A stretch of 64,000 nt of DNA, taken from Octopus sinensis. Its lineage: Eukaryota. Position numbers and translations under genes: made by a program. Numbering within the stretch: the first letter of the stretch is position 1; the number at the start of each line of letters is the position of its first letter. This document shows positions 36,514 to 49,277 of the stretch, in pieces. The notes beneath the pieces were generated by a model that was not told the DNA's origin, searched no databases, and worked only from the letters and a program-made list of their open reading frames with translations. The DNA lies in contig NC_043000.1 in the NCBI RefSeq assembly GCF_006345805.1, positions 17,112,001-17,176,000 on the forward strand. Reading direction: 5' to 3'.

Positions 36514-37035
36514 CCGTAAATCCTCGAGTATAATCCGCATTTTTTCCCCAAAAATTTAAAGGTCAAAATCCCTAGTGCGTACTATATACGAGTTTTAAAA
36601 TGAAAAATATTTCCTAAGCAATGTCCGAGCCTCTATTTGCTGTCTGGCAATGTTTATTCAAACGCATTTTGTGATGTCGGGCGCGAAAATACCTTAAGCC
36701 AAGCCTGAAAGCAATGAAGTCATAAAAGAATCATCCATAACTTGCAGTAAGCAACATTTATTAAACGTTGTTACTGTTATTACTGTTATTTCTTTATTTT
36801 CTGCAAACAAAATGCACAAAAATGCTACACGTTTGCATTATGTTATATATACAATAATAATAAAGGACGTTACCGTATATATCTTTACAAACCAATGACG
36901 TTTTATAGACCTCATTGACTCAAGTTAGAGAAGGGGTGCATATTATACACAAGGTTTAGGTTTTTCAGAGGTACAGTCCCCTAAAAATCCCCTGCGTATT
37001 ATACTCAAGGGCGGACTATACTCGAGGATTTACGG
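36514..37035. mobile_element. Tc1/mariner (pogo/Tigger-like) MITE, 522 bp
   Basis: TIRs CCGTAAATCCTCGAGTATAATCCGC and GCGGACTATACTCGAGGATTTACGG; TA on the left, CA (likely mutated TA) on the right. Confidence 0.85.
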
Positions 37036-37102
37036 CAAGTAAAAATTTATTTCTAATCTTCAGCACAAGGCCACATCTTTCGGGAAGAGAAGGTATCATT
37101 TA

Positions 37103-37410
37103 TCTTTTATCTGTTTCAGTCATCAGATTGAGGCCATGCTGGGGCATCGCCTTGAAGAATTTTTAGTCGAATGCATCGACACCAGAACTTTTTTTTTTTT
37201 AAAGCTTGGTACTTATTCTATCGGTCACTTTTGCCGAACCGTTAAATTACGGGGACGTAAACACACCAGGACCGGTTGTCAAACAGTCATAAGAGGAAAA
37301 TATACAAACACACACACACGTCTCTGTACACCAAGTCCACTCACAAGACTGGTCGGCCCTAGGCTAGGCAAGTGTCTTCCATGTAGTTGGGAAGCAGGCT
37401 TCTTACCAGA
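37103..37410 (-). mobile_element. Divergent, internally deleted SINE A
   Basis: Family A tail and partial head. Confidence 0.7.
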
Positions 37411-37715
37411 CATCGATAAATTCGATTTTAGCACACGAATGACACATTTTCAGTTGACCTCCGGAGTGATCTGCAAAGTCAACCTCGGCGGGATTTGGAC
37501 GTAAAGGCCTAATCTTGAGCACTCGGCCACACCTTTCGGGAAGAGAAGGTATCATCGATTAATTTTGATTTTAGCGCATGAATGATTATATTTTTAGTTG
37601 ACCCCCGGAGTGAACTACAAAGTCGATCTCAGTAGGATTTGAACTCAGAACGTAAAGTACGCTGCTAGACACCACAGCGATTCTGTCAGCATATCAAACA
37701 ATATTATAGAACACC

Positions 37716-38100
37716 GTGGAGGCGCAATGGCCCAGTGGTTAGGGCAGCGGACTCGCGGTCATAGGATCGCGGTTTCGATTCCCAGACCGGGCGTTGTGAG
37801 TGTTTATTGAGCGAAAACACCTAACAGCTCCACGAGGCTCCGGCAGGGATGGTGGTGATCCCTGCTGTACTATTTCACCACAACTTTCTCTCACTCTTAC
37901 TTCCTGTATCTGTTGTACCTGTATTTCAAGGGGCCGGCCTTGTCACTCTCTGTGTCACGCTGAATATCCCCGAGAACTACGTTAAGGGTACACGTGTCTG
38001 TGGAGTGCTCAGCCACTTACACGTTAATTTCACGAGCAGGCTGTTCCGTTGATCGGATCAACCGGAACCCTCGTCGTCGTAACCGACGGAGTGCTTCCAC
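37716..38100 (+). mobile_element. SINE B
   Basis: 12-bp TSD ATTATAGAACAC at 37703-37714 and 38101-38112. Confidence 0.95.
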
Positions 38101-38594
38101 ATTATAGAACACAAATATTTTCAATGTTTATATAGTTGGTGCATCTTGAGTTATTATTGATAACTCTTTGGTACCACAGACCTTTGAGTTCTCAGGTATT
38201 TCCCTTCTTCCTACATACAATATTCCCCTCTCTTTATCATCCCCACCCATCTTCTTTCCTTCCCCAACAATAAACATCCAGTGACTTCTCATCAGCAAGA
38301 GAATTAAACCCATTGCCTCCATCACCTTCACAGATCTTTCAATTGCAAAGTCAACCTTTTATCTCTCACATTCTCTCTCGCAATTTCCTCCATTCCCTCT
38401 CATTCTTTCTTTATCTCTTTCCTCCTTCCTCACCCCCCCCTCTCTCTCTCTCTCAAAATACAGTCTTTGCCAGTCTCTCTCTCTCTCTCTGCCTCTTGCT
38501 TACTCAATTGGAGATTTCCCGACTCTTGACATACATCCGAGAATCACTCCCCACCACACGCATAGGCAATAACTCAACCAAATATAGAATCACG

Positions 38595-38818
38595 CTCACA
38601 CACACACACATACGCGTGCGCGCGCACACACACACATACGCGTGCGCGCGCACACACACACATACGCGTGCGCGCGCACACACACACAGATATTAGCACT
38701 AGCTTGTATACATATATACATAATAAGACACGCACATACTAACTGCTCATTCGAATACCCTGCTATCAATATAAATATACATATAATTGTAGACAGAAAT
38801 GCACATTCATTCATTCAT

Positions 38819-38873
<55 letters not shown>

Positions 38874-38909
38874 CATATACACACACACATATATATACAC
38901 ATATATACA

Positions 38910-38940
<31 letters not shown>

Positions 38941-39050
38941 ATATATATATACATACATATATATATATACATACAGATATATACATATATATATATACAT
39001 ACACATATATATACATACGTACATATATATATATATATATACATACATAA

Positions 39051-39085
<35 letters not shown>

Positions 39086-39170
39086 CATATACATATATAT
39101 ATAAACAAACATACATGCATATATATGTATATTTACATATTTATATATACATACGCGCACACACATATAT
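38595..39170. repeat. CA/TA/TACA compound microsatellites, including a short ACACACATACGCGTGCGCGCGC tandem
   Basis: Directly visible. Confidence 0.9.
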
Positions 39171-39393
39171 CGCCACTATTTATAGAAACCAACTGGAAAT
39201 ATAATACAAATATATAAAAAAGAAATCAACCATCTGCCCAAAATCACAAACCTAGTAGCATTAGTAGAGGAATATCGTATTTAATCACATCGCTCTCTTC
39301 ATTGAAAAAATGTGTTTCAAAGATAAAGTAGAATGAATGGAACAAAAACTACAAAGTAGTACAACTAAGAAAATGCACATTAACTTGTTTAAC

Positions 39394-39708
39394 ACCACAT
39401 CCCTCATTGTATGTGTGTGGTATTCAATATAGTTAGAATGCTTCTGCCGATGGTAAAAGAAAGAGATCTATCTATCAGCGTTAAATATCATAAGTAATTC
39501 AAAAAGAATAACGTGAAAGTTAGCTACAGTTGCTTGAAAAGCATCACATACCACATCCCTCATTGTATGTGTGTGATATTCAATATAGTTAGAATGTTGC
39601 TGCCGAAGGGAAAAGAAAGAGATCTATCTATCAGCGTTAAATATCATAAGTAATTCAAAAAGAATAACGTGAAAGTTAGCTATAGTTGCTTGAAAAGCAT
39701 CGCATACT
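39394..39708. repeat. Tandem duplication, 2 x 156 bp
   Basis: ACCACATCCCTCATTG at 39394 and 39550. Confidence 0.92.
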
Positions 39709-40025
39709 AAATATTCTGCTATAACCAAAGTTATAGAACAAGTTACTCCGCAAACTAATCGCCTGAAAAAAAGCCACCACCTGCCCAAATGTTTCACAAA
39801 CGTTTTTGTGTATGTGACTGAAATAATTTGTAAAGAAAAAAAAAAGTAGAGAAAAGAATTAAAGATCTCAAGGTACATGTATTTAAAAGCATTAATGTAC
39901 CCCTTACTCATTCCATCAGATCCAGAAATAAAATAGATTCTACCGTTTTATCTCGATACGCTTAGGAACTGATGAAGAGTAGATAGAATAGACAACATTT
40001 TTATAAGTTTGAGTATTGTTAAGCT

Positions 40026-40352
40026 TCTTCTTCGTCTTCTTCGTCGCCTTTTCTAGCCTAGCCAGGTTCATGGGCCCATTTTCTCGGTTTCTGTGGCGTA
40101 TGTGTCCCCCCCCCCACCAGCTGGACGGGACGCCAGTCCATCGCAGCGTTACTCAAGAAACAGGAAGTAAGAGTGAGAGAAAGTTGTGGTGAAAGAGTAC
40201 AGCAGGAATCACCACCATCCCCTGCCGGAGCCTCGTGAAACTTTTAGTTGTTTTCCCTCAATAAACGCACACAACACCCGGTCTGGGAATCGAAACCGCG
40301 ATCCACCGACCGCGAGTCCGCTGCCCTAACCACTGCCCCATTGCACCTCCAC
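40026..40352 (-). mobile_element. SINE B' (B head and first half, different 3' module, (GAA)-rich tail)
   Basis: 11-bp TSD ATTGTTAAGCT at 40015-40025 and 40353-40363. Confidence 0.88.
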
Positions 40353-40577
40353 ATTGTTAAGCTGCAACTCCATATTTCATTCTAATTAAAAATCGCATAA
40401 GAACAGCACTGACCACAGTGATCTTTGGCTGCAGCCAGCCTGCAATGCCAATATCTTTGTAGCTTTCCTTTACATAACGTAAACACTGTATAGTTACCCC
40501 CAACTAGCAATTCTCCAGACAAAAGTAATTCTCCTTACTCGTCGAATGACAAATGATCATCTTTATTGGTACCTCAT

Positions 40578-40738
40578 ATCTCTATAGGTACCTATAGAAC
40601 CATCTCTATAGGTACCTATAGAACCATCTCTATAGGTACCTATAGAACCATCTCTATAGGTACCTATAGAACCATCTCTATAGGTACCTATAGAACCATC
40701 TCTATATGTATCTATAGAACCATCTCTATAGGTACCTC
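40578..40738. repeat. 24-bp minisatellite, ~6.7 copies, each containing an 18-bp perfect palindrome
   Basis: Unit ATCTCTATAGGTACCTATAGAACC; palindrome TCTATAGGTACCTATAGA. Confidence 0.97.
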
Positions 40739-40755
40739 TGCACATACATTATAAA

Positions 40756-41150
40756 CAGCTGTGGTAAGTAGCTTGCTTGCGAGCCACATGGTTTCGGGTT
40801 CAGTCCCACTGCATGGCGCCTTGGGCAAGTGTCTTCTACTATAGTCTCGGGCCAATCAAAGCCTTGTGAGTTGATTTGGTAGACGGAAACTGAAAGAAGC
40901 CTGTCGTATATATGTATATACATATGTATGTGTGTGTATATGTTTGTGTGTCTGTGTTTGTTCCCCCCCCCAACATCGCTTGACAACCGATGCTGGTGTG
41001 TTTACGTCCCCGTTACTTAGCGGTTCGGCAAAAGTGACCGATAGAATAAGTACTAGGCTTACAAAAGAATAAGTCCTGGAGTCGATTTGCTCGACTAAAG
41101 GCGGTGCTCCAGAATGGCCACAGCCAAATGACTGAAACAAATAAAAGAGT
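40756..41150 (+). mobile_element. SINE A
   Basis: Matches family A. Confidence 0.9.
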
Positions 41151-41184
41151 GTATATATAAGAAAGTAAAAAAAAAAGAAGCCTA

Positions 41185-41217
<33 letters not shown>

Positions 41218-41604
41218 ATTTCTGATTTAGGCACAAGACCAGCAATTTTGAGTGAGGAACGGGTCAGTCGATTACATCGTCCAGTGCTTGAATGAGACGC
41301 AATTATGTTCGAGCTTAATCCTTTTTTTTTTTAAGGGTCTTTCAAATGTCTTCATCGATCCCTTTATGTTTAGTTTGGATGAATATTAACGATCTTAAAA
41401 TCCATCTCATAACATTTTGCAGCCTTCACATTCTCATGAACAGAATGAAGCGATAATTATAACAGTATACTGCTCCATATGCTTTGCAGCAGATCATGAA
41501 GAATTGTGAGAATTTTAACACATTATGCAACACTAAGAGTGCTGTTAGATCTCACGAATTATTTTAGTGTTAAGATATCGGAGTAACTCTGCCAGCTCAC
41601 CCCC

Positions 41605-41605
<1 letters not shown>

Positions 41606-41664
<59 letters not shown>

Positions 41665-42328
41665 TGCCCTGATGCAGTACCAGGCAGTGGCTCTCATGGC
41701 TTCTGATCTTAACTGATTGGAAGTGTTATCATGTACATTGTTTTGTCTTGGTATAAAAGATGGGCTACAGCAAATATTCTGCTCAATACCACAGATTTGC
41801 TTGTTAGTTGTTTGACCTTAACCAGTTGAGCATGTCCCTTAGTGGCTGACGATATGTGCATCTCTGATCACGAGCAGAAGTAGTGGGGTAGCATCATAGC
41901 CATGTGTTGAGAAGGATTCTTTGGGGTTTGAATAATTCACCTCTGGAAACATGGGTGTTTCGTTCAACGTCCTTAAACAACCCTTATTCAGGGACCTTTT
42001 GAGCGGGATGGGTTACTCGATCTGAAGAAAATTCTAACTGGGCTCCACCTGCAAGGTCATGTGCTGTTTATCTTGATATGAGATCACCATGTCGCGCACA
42101 TATGGTTGTGATGCATGTGCCTGGTGTACCCTTATCAGACGGGTAGTCATGATGGGTATACTGGGCTTCGTATATTTTACCCCAGTGTCACTTTGATGGC
42201 ATGCTCTGCTCGCTCACTCAATAATAATAATAAATAATTATAATAATTGCCCTTATGCAGTACCAGATAGTGGCTCTCATGGCTTCTGATCTTAACTGAT
42301 TGGAAGTGTTATCATGTACATGATAACA
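41606..42328 (-). mobile_element. Family F: ~560-bp non-coding retroelement with (ATT)n tail, partial tandem copy and fold-back junction
   Basis: 74-bp direct repeats at 41665-41738 and 42248-42321 (3 mismatches), each adjacent to (TAA)n; 22-bp palindrome at 42307-42328. Confidence 0.7.
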
Positions 42329-42480
42329 TGAGTTCAAATTCCGCCGAGGTCGACTTTGCCTTTCATCCTTTCGGGGTCGATAAATTAAGTACCAGTTACG
42401 CACTGGGGTCGATGTAATCGACTTAATCCTTTTGTCTGTCCCCTCTGTGTTTAGCCTCTTGTGGGTAGTAAAGGAATAGC
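42329..42480 (+). mobile_element. 5'-truncated SINE D
   Basis: Runs from GAGTTCAAATTCC to GTAAAGGAATAG. Confidence 0.85.
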
Positions 42481-42637
42481 TTTTGTAGAAAATACTTTCC
42501 CAAGATGCCACGCAGTGGGATTGAACCCAGAATCATGTGGCCGTAAAGCGAGCTTCTTAACCACACAGCCATGTTTATTCCTTAAATGCAAATAATAATT
42601 TACTTCGATTTTAAAGTAAAATCTCTGTCTGTCTGCC

Positions 42638-42672
<35 letters not shown>

Positions 42673-43107
42673 GTCCCCTAAATCTAAATTATCTTTTATG
42701 TACTTTCCTATCTAACGGGGGGCATTTTTTCCATTTTTAACATCCAGGTCTAAGAGTCCACAGCGTCATCAAATTAGGTTTCTACGCGGTCGCTTAACCT
42801 ATTAGAAACAAGCAAACAGTTTGTTTGTTGAATTCTATAAATAAGAACAACTGTTTTTGTTTAGATTAAGTCAAATATCCTTCTTCAGATTTCACTATCA
42901 CAGAAAAAAAAAGTTAAACACGCTTTGGATACTATAATCCTAGAGATACCCCACATGAGACGGAATAGTCACGTCTGGAATGCACTGAACACGGCTCTAC
43001 TTGGTTATGGGGGTGGTTTAGGTCTTAACTTCAACAACAGCGGCAACAACAACATAAATGTAATGTAACTCCTTCGTTTAGTGGCGTGTCTCCGAAAGTA
43101 TGTTTTC

Positions 43108-43525
43108 GGGTCTTTTCGGTTTGAACGGCAGTTTTTTCTAGCGGTGTCATATGAAATTGTCACCCATAATTATGACCCTAGTATTGATCTATTGCATTTC
43201 AATCTGTTTTAGGGTTAGGGTTAGGGGTGGGGGGAAGGGTATCTTGTTTTCTTCACAAATGTAAATAAACCCAATCTGTTTCTTAAACGAGGGACATATT
43301 CATACGGCACAGAATGTTTGTTACCTCAATGGACGTCATTGTTTGGTTGAAATTTCAGAAATTGAAGAAAAAAAAACAACAAATATCTTACAAACCATAG
43401 AATTTTCTCAATAAAGCCAAGAGAAAAAGATGTTCTATAAACACATTCTACCAGTATACGAAGTTTAAAATTTCTTAGTTACCTAGAAATTATGTTAAAA
43501 ACTGCCGTTTAAACTGAAAAGATCC
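43108..43525. mobile_element. Second copy of the TIR element at 9147-9562
   Basis: High similarity over ~415 bp. Confidence 0.85.
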
Positions 43526-44212
43526 ATGTACTCTTTTACGATGTCATCAGATGGAATATAAAATCGAAATACCTTTTCCCATATTACTTTTTTTTCTTTT
43601 TTAAAACTCACTTAATTATCTGGTTTTCTGCAGTTTCGTTTCCCGTAAGCATTTCTATTTTAATAAAGTGTCTCTCTTGAAAGTCGTTTCTTTCATTTAA
43701 ATATCTCTCATACACTTATTCCACTGTCTTATACATAATAATTTCAAGTTTATTCCATATTTTATCCTATTCTATGTTACCTTTTTTTTTGTTTTGGAAT
43801 TGTTTCTCGTTTTCATATTAAAAAGAAATGTTCTGGAGGACAGTTTATGCCAACACTTTTTATTCATTTTGTGTATTTATGTGTATGATAGCTGACAGTC
43901 AAATAAAATATCTAATTAACGAAAAGATAAACTACAGCAGTTTCATAGCAACACCCTCCGGGTTCTGATAAAATCATTTAAAAGAATTATTATGTGTATT
44001 AAAACTATTTAATGTTCCTAAATAAGTTGTTTTCGATTAGAACCTACATTAATTATGAAACTGAATAGGAGCAACACTAACGCAATTTCGATATTTTTAA
44101 GGCAAAACTTAGATCCGGTATTACCAAACAAAAAATAAATATGGATAACCCAACTCAGAACATTATCTATAAAAAGACTAAGTACAATTAGCGTACATAT
44201 CATAAATATAAT

Positions 44213-44345
44213 GTGAAGGTGCGTGGACTACTGGTTAGAGTATTGCATTCGCGGTCGCAAGATCGAGGTTTCGATTGTCGGACTAGCGGTGTGTTGTGTT
44301 TTTGAGCAAAACACTTCATTTCACGTTGCTCCAGTCCACTTAGCA
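44213..44345 (+). mobile_element. SINE C head fragment
   Basis: Degenerate A/B boxes and TTCACGTTGCTCCAGTCCAC core. Confidence 0.7.
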
Positions 44346-44610
44346 TAGTATAATTTCGAACATTAGACAGCAAATGAGGATATATGTGTTTTACTGAGAT
44401 ACAGAGTACTACGTTTAGTCGATACATATAGTAGAACTCGTGAAGGCGCATGACTCGTGGGTAAAATCTGATAGATGGAAATTGTGCAGTAGCCTATAGT
44501 GTGCGTGTGTGTATTTGTATAAATGAGTACGTATGTATGTATGTATGCATGTATGTATGTATGTGTTATGTATGTCTATGTGTGTGTATGCAGGTATGTG
44601 TGTGTGTATG

Positions 44611-45153
44611 TCAGGTCACTTTCGAGTGCTACTGGTAACATGTAACCCAGCACAACCTGTTGCATGGTCGGGTCGTCGGCGACTAAACCGGTAACCCCAA
44701 CAAGCTTGCTTAGTGAGGAGGGTGTTTATTGGACACCCCGCGGGATGAAAAACAAAACCCGTCAAAGGGCGGAGGAACTCTTGAGAGTCAACGGCCATCC
44801 AATAAATGTCTTAAGGCTGTATCATGCGCGGGGACATAGAAATAATCGGACTGAATACCCAATCGCGCGGTTAAACCATTGGGAGTGAAGGACTCCTAGC
44901 CTTTGTTAGGGCATCCTTCTAGGAGAAGGTAACTCAGGTAACTGGGATAACTCCAACATAAAACTTGCGGCTCAGTGGTTACCGATGATGTTGACTTGTT
45001 CTTCTTTTCGGATTTTGGCTGCTGTTGCTTAGTGAGTGGGATTGACTCAGTGCACAACTTTTCCTCACTTAAAAAAAAATCTTCTTGCACAGGCATTGCA
45101 TGATAACAACATTGAGTGCAATGGCCATACTCGATAACGAGGGGGCAGCCACC
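44611..45153 (+). mobile_element. Unclassified GC-richer insert resembling an RTE-type 5' UTR, flanked by (TG)/(TATG)n
   Basis: Contains GGGCATCCTTCTAGGAGAAGGTAACTC, similar to a recurring RTE 5'-UTR motif (from memory); several hairpins; no long ORF. Confidence 0.45.
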
Positions 45154-45189
45154 ATGTGTGTGTGTGAATGTATGTATGTTCTCTCTCCA

Positions 45190-45310
45190 TTTTCCCCCTC
45201 TCAATTCTTTCTATCGAAGAGCGTAAGCTCGAAACATCAAAGACTTTTCCATTCTTCCCGAGCGTCAAACTAATACACCTGCTTCTTGCTCCTTCGCCTA
45301 TCTTCGTAGA
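45190..45310 (+). mobile_element. Degenerate third copy of the Penelope-like GAGCGTAGGCTC-GAAAC repeat
   Basis: GAAGAGCGTAAGCTCGAAACATCAAAGACTTTTCC...CCCGAGCG. Confidence 0.55.
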
Positions 45311-45469
45311 ATGTAGATATCAGTGAGAAAACCGAAAAACCGTTGCTCTTCGAACGAAGTACTCTGCTATATTTGTGCAGTACCGAGACACAAACACTCT
45401 CTTACCGCTCCAGTCGTCAACCAGTGATTGATCTATTAAGATATGCAATCAATAATACATTTGTGACAT

Positions 45470-45860
45470 GGAATGGAAGCACTCCGTCGGTTACGATGAT
45501 GAGGGTTCCGGTTGATCCGAATCAACGGAACAGCCTGTTCGTGAAATTAACGTGTAAGTGGCTGAGCACTCCACAGACACGTGTACCCTTAACGTAGTTC
45601 TCGGGGATATTCAGCGTGACACAGAGAGTGACAAGGCCGGCCCTTTGAAATGCAGGTACAACAGAAACAGGTAGTAAGAGTGAGAGAAAGTTGTGGTGAA
45701 AGAGTACAGCAGGGATCACCACCATCCCCTGCCGGAGCCTCGTGGAGCTATTTAGGTGTTTTCGCTCAATAAACACTCACAACGCCCGGTCTGGGAATCG
45801 AAACCGCGATCCTACGACCGCGTGTCCGCTGCCCTAACCACTGGGCCATTGCGTCTCCAT
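45470..45860 (-). mobile_element. SINE B
   Basis: 11-bp TSD ATTTGTGACAT at 45459-45469 and 45861-45871. Confidence 0.95.
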
Positions 45861-46619
45861 ATTTGTGACATAAGGTAAACGTAAAAGTAAATCCACATAC
45901 AAAAATAGATGTAATAGCATTCGGAAAGAATCGCGATAGTCTAAATCCTATTCACATTCACTCATTAGCATAACTTTCGAACTTATTTCTAAAATGTACG
46001 CGCATAAAAATAATTTTATCAGATCCTGGAGCTGTTTCTATACAGCTGTTTTAATTCCCTTTTTCGTAAATTAGATATTTTAAATTAAGCGTCAACTGTC
46101 ATACAATACAAAAACATAACACACAAGCTGAATGCGAGTTGGCGTAAGCTCGTCTTTCAGAACATTGTTTTTGAAAAGGAAATAGGAAAGCAAGCTGAAT
46201 ACAGCGAAGTAATCTAAAATAGGATAAGTTATAAAGCAAAATGGAATTTATTGTGTGCATTAAGACACTTGAAATGTGGACATAGCGGTGTTGGAAGGAG
46301 AGTATTTGAAGAAAAGAAGAGTAAAGAAAAAGAAATATCCACAAGAAACATTGGTTATTAAAATATAAATGCTTGCGGGAAGCGAAATTGCAGAAATCTA
46401 GACAATCAACGAACTGTCTTTTCAAATAATGAAATGGAAGAAAAGCAAAGAGAAAAGAAAGCTACATCACAAAAATATCAAGAGACTGTTTCGAGAGGGA
46501 GTACAATGTTGTATAGAAGAATTTTGGCCCCTCTATTCCATCTGATGAGCTCGAAAATTAAAATAGGACACTCGACTGAATTAAAAAACACAATTGTTAC
46601 ATTATGTTTACATATGTAC

Positions 46620-47001
46620 GTGGAGGCGCAATGGCCCAGTGGTTAGGGCAGCGGACTCGCGGTCATAGGATCGCAGTTTCGATTCCCATACCGGGCGTTG
46701 TGAGTGTTTATTGAGCGAAAACACCTAAAGCTCCACGAGGCTCCGGCAGGGGGTGGTGGTGATCCCTGCTGTACTCTTTCACCACAACTTTCTCTCACTC
46801 TTACTTCCTGTTTCTGTTGTACCTGTATTTCAAAGGGCCGGCCTTGTCACTCTCTGTGTCACGCTGAATCTCCCCGAGAACTACGTTAAGGGTGCACGTG
46901 TCTGTGGAGTGCTCAGCCACTTACATGTTAATTTCACGAGCAGGCTGTTCCGTTGATTCGGATCAACCGGAACCCTCGTCGTCGTAACCGACGGAGTGCT
47001 T
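46620..47001 (+). mobile_element. SINE B
   Basis: Full head and tail; TSD unclear. Confidence 0.93.
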
Positions 47002-47954
47002 AAACATAACGGCGATTCAATTAACGCTGGTTTTCTGGTCGTGAGTCCTCTGAATAGATATCACTCGTGAGTTTTAGAAACGTGAGGACCGCAATCATGT
47101 AATAATAGACCCCCACATCCATAGGAAAATCTATACTATACCTCAATTTACTTAGCTCTTGTGTTGGGAATAGATTTAAAATCATCTACTTCCGTAACCT
47201 ATGACAGACTGGTGTACCACCCAGAGAAAGAGAGAGACAGAGAGAGACAGAGAAAGAGAGAGGCAGAGAGAGAGAGAGAGGCTGAGAGAGAGAGAGAGAG
47301 AAAAAGAGAGAGAGATAGAGAAAGAGATAGATAGAGAAAGAGAGAGATAGAGAAAGAGAGAGAGAGAGATCCAATCTAACTAATGCCATAAGACTGGCAT
47401 TGAAGAACCTTTTGCGCTTGAAAGGCATTCAACGACAGTGTGTTTATCTGAGGGTCTCGAATTGGGGAAGGGTTCGCTACGCTGACTTTTTAACACACTG
47501 TTCAAGTGATAAGACAGCAATACAAAGGTTAGGGTTTCTTTACAAGACTGTAACATTCCTGAAGCCTTATCAGTTACTACTTACTCTCGAGTAAGAATTA
47601 GCCAGGGCTCATACCCGTTACAGGGCCTCCGAGACTTGTGAGAAGAAGAGAGGAAGGGTTCAAGCTAATGACTTAACACTGATGCTTGTAACCGAATGAA
47701 CGCTGCTAATGGCACCTGAGATGCCATATGTGGTGGTGCTAAACTGGGCGATAAAATAAGTCTACCATCCAAGATTGTTTTACGAAGCTCAAGTGTATGG
47801 TGGTCTCCCGAATCCGAGAAGGACGGTTCGGCAATTTCCACAGATGATTTGTTTATAGTGATTAGATGTTCGTGTTGCACATTAGCTCACTTAACCCGTC
47901 ACACCGACATTACCTGTACAGGTGCACGGTATGCCACACGCCACATGTCAAAGT

Positions 47955-48072
47955 GATCGCAGAGCAACGTGTTTTGCATCAAGAGCACAACGCCCCACCC
48001 AGTCCAGGAATCGAACCCCATGTTTTCACGATCGTGAGTACAACAACCTTACTGCGCGACCATGTGCCCTCA
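47955..48072 (-). mobile_element. SINE C head fragment
   Basis: GGAATCGAACCC (B box, reverse complement) and CAAGAGCACAAC core. Confidence 0.65.
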
Positions 48073-48174
48073 TAACGAAGCTCAAGTAAGACACGAATAA
48101 AAACACTGTTCACACGCCTATCCCCTCCACAAACACACACACAGACGCACACACGCGCGCGCACACACGCACGT

Positions 48175-48210
<36 letters not shown>

Positions 48211-48356
48211 GGACAATACTGTTACACAAAGCACACACACATGCACATACTGAAAAGTAGTTACTCACAAACATACATACACACGCAACTATTCTTGGGT
48301 ATAAGAGCCTTCCGTTTCATTAGCAAAGATTCATTCATCAACATACAACTACTACC

Positions 48357-48590
48357 TATTTCTTTACAACCCACAAGGGGCTAAACACAGAGGGGACAAA
48401 CAAGGACAGGCAAACGGATTAAGTCGATTATATCGACCCCAGTGCGTAACTGATACTTAATTTATCGACCCCGAAAGGATGAAAGGCAAAGTCGACCTCG
48501 GCGGAATTTGAGCTCAGAACGTAACGGCAGACGAAATACCGCTAAGCATTTCGCCCGGTGTGTTAATGCTTCTGCCAGCTCGCCGCCTTT
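48357..48590 (-). mobile_element. SINE D monomer
   Basis: TSD CAACTACTACCT on both sides. Confidence 0.93.
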
Positions 48591-48965
48591 CATGCAACTA
48601 CTACCTTCATAGATATACTTTTCTTTTCCTCTTTGTCACTTCTACCGCTTTTACAACGGCCTCTGCTCCTCTGAGCTAGCGATCTGCATATCTTCACTGC
48701 CCTTATCCCACCAATTTACACATCTCTCAGCCTATCATTATCTATTGATGTGTCTTATCTCCAAGAATTTCAGTGAATACTTTCGTTAACCTTTTATTCC
48801 TAGAGCTGCCAACTTTCTCAAATTCCCTGTAGGTAGTATCACCTTACAGATGTTCAAACTGGGTATCAATCACTTTTAGCCTTATCTGTTTAGAAAGGTT
48901 TTCAAATGTCGGTGCTACCTCTGGATAAACAACAACAATAATAATGGTTTCAAAATTTGGCACAT

Positions 48966-49277
48966 AGGCGCAGGAGTGGCTGTGTGGTAAGTAGCTTGCA
49001 AACCAACCACATGGTTCAGTCCCACTACGTGGCATCTTGGGCAAGTGTCTTCTGCTATAGCCCCGGGCCGACAAATGCCTTGTGAGTGGATTTGGTAGAC
49101 GGAAACTGAAAGAAGCCTGTCGTATATATGTATATATATGTATATGTATGTGTGTGTTTGTGTGTCTGTGTTTGTCCCCCTAGCATTGCTTGACAACCGA
49201 TGATGGTGTGTTTACGTCCCCGTCACTTAGCGGTTCGGCAAAAGAGACCGATAGAATAAGTACTGGGCTTACAAAGA

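Noticed and set aside
40578-40738. CRISPR-like appearance of palindromic repeats
   Set aside because: Linkers are identical 6-mers, there are no unique spacers or cas genes, and the context is eukaryotic.
44611-44700. HDV-like ribozyme fit
   Set aside because: P2 and J4/2 look plausible, but P3 spacing and the P1.1 GG do not fit, so it is not called.
46542-46556. CTGATGA-GCTC-GAAA hammerhead-like motif
   Set aside because: No credible stem I, stem III or NUH arrangement in the flanks; plausible by chance.
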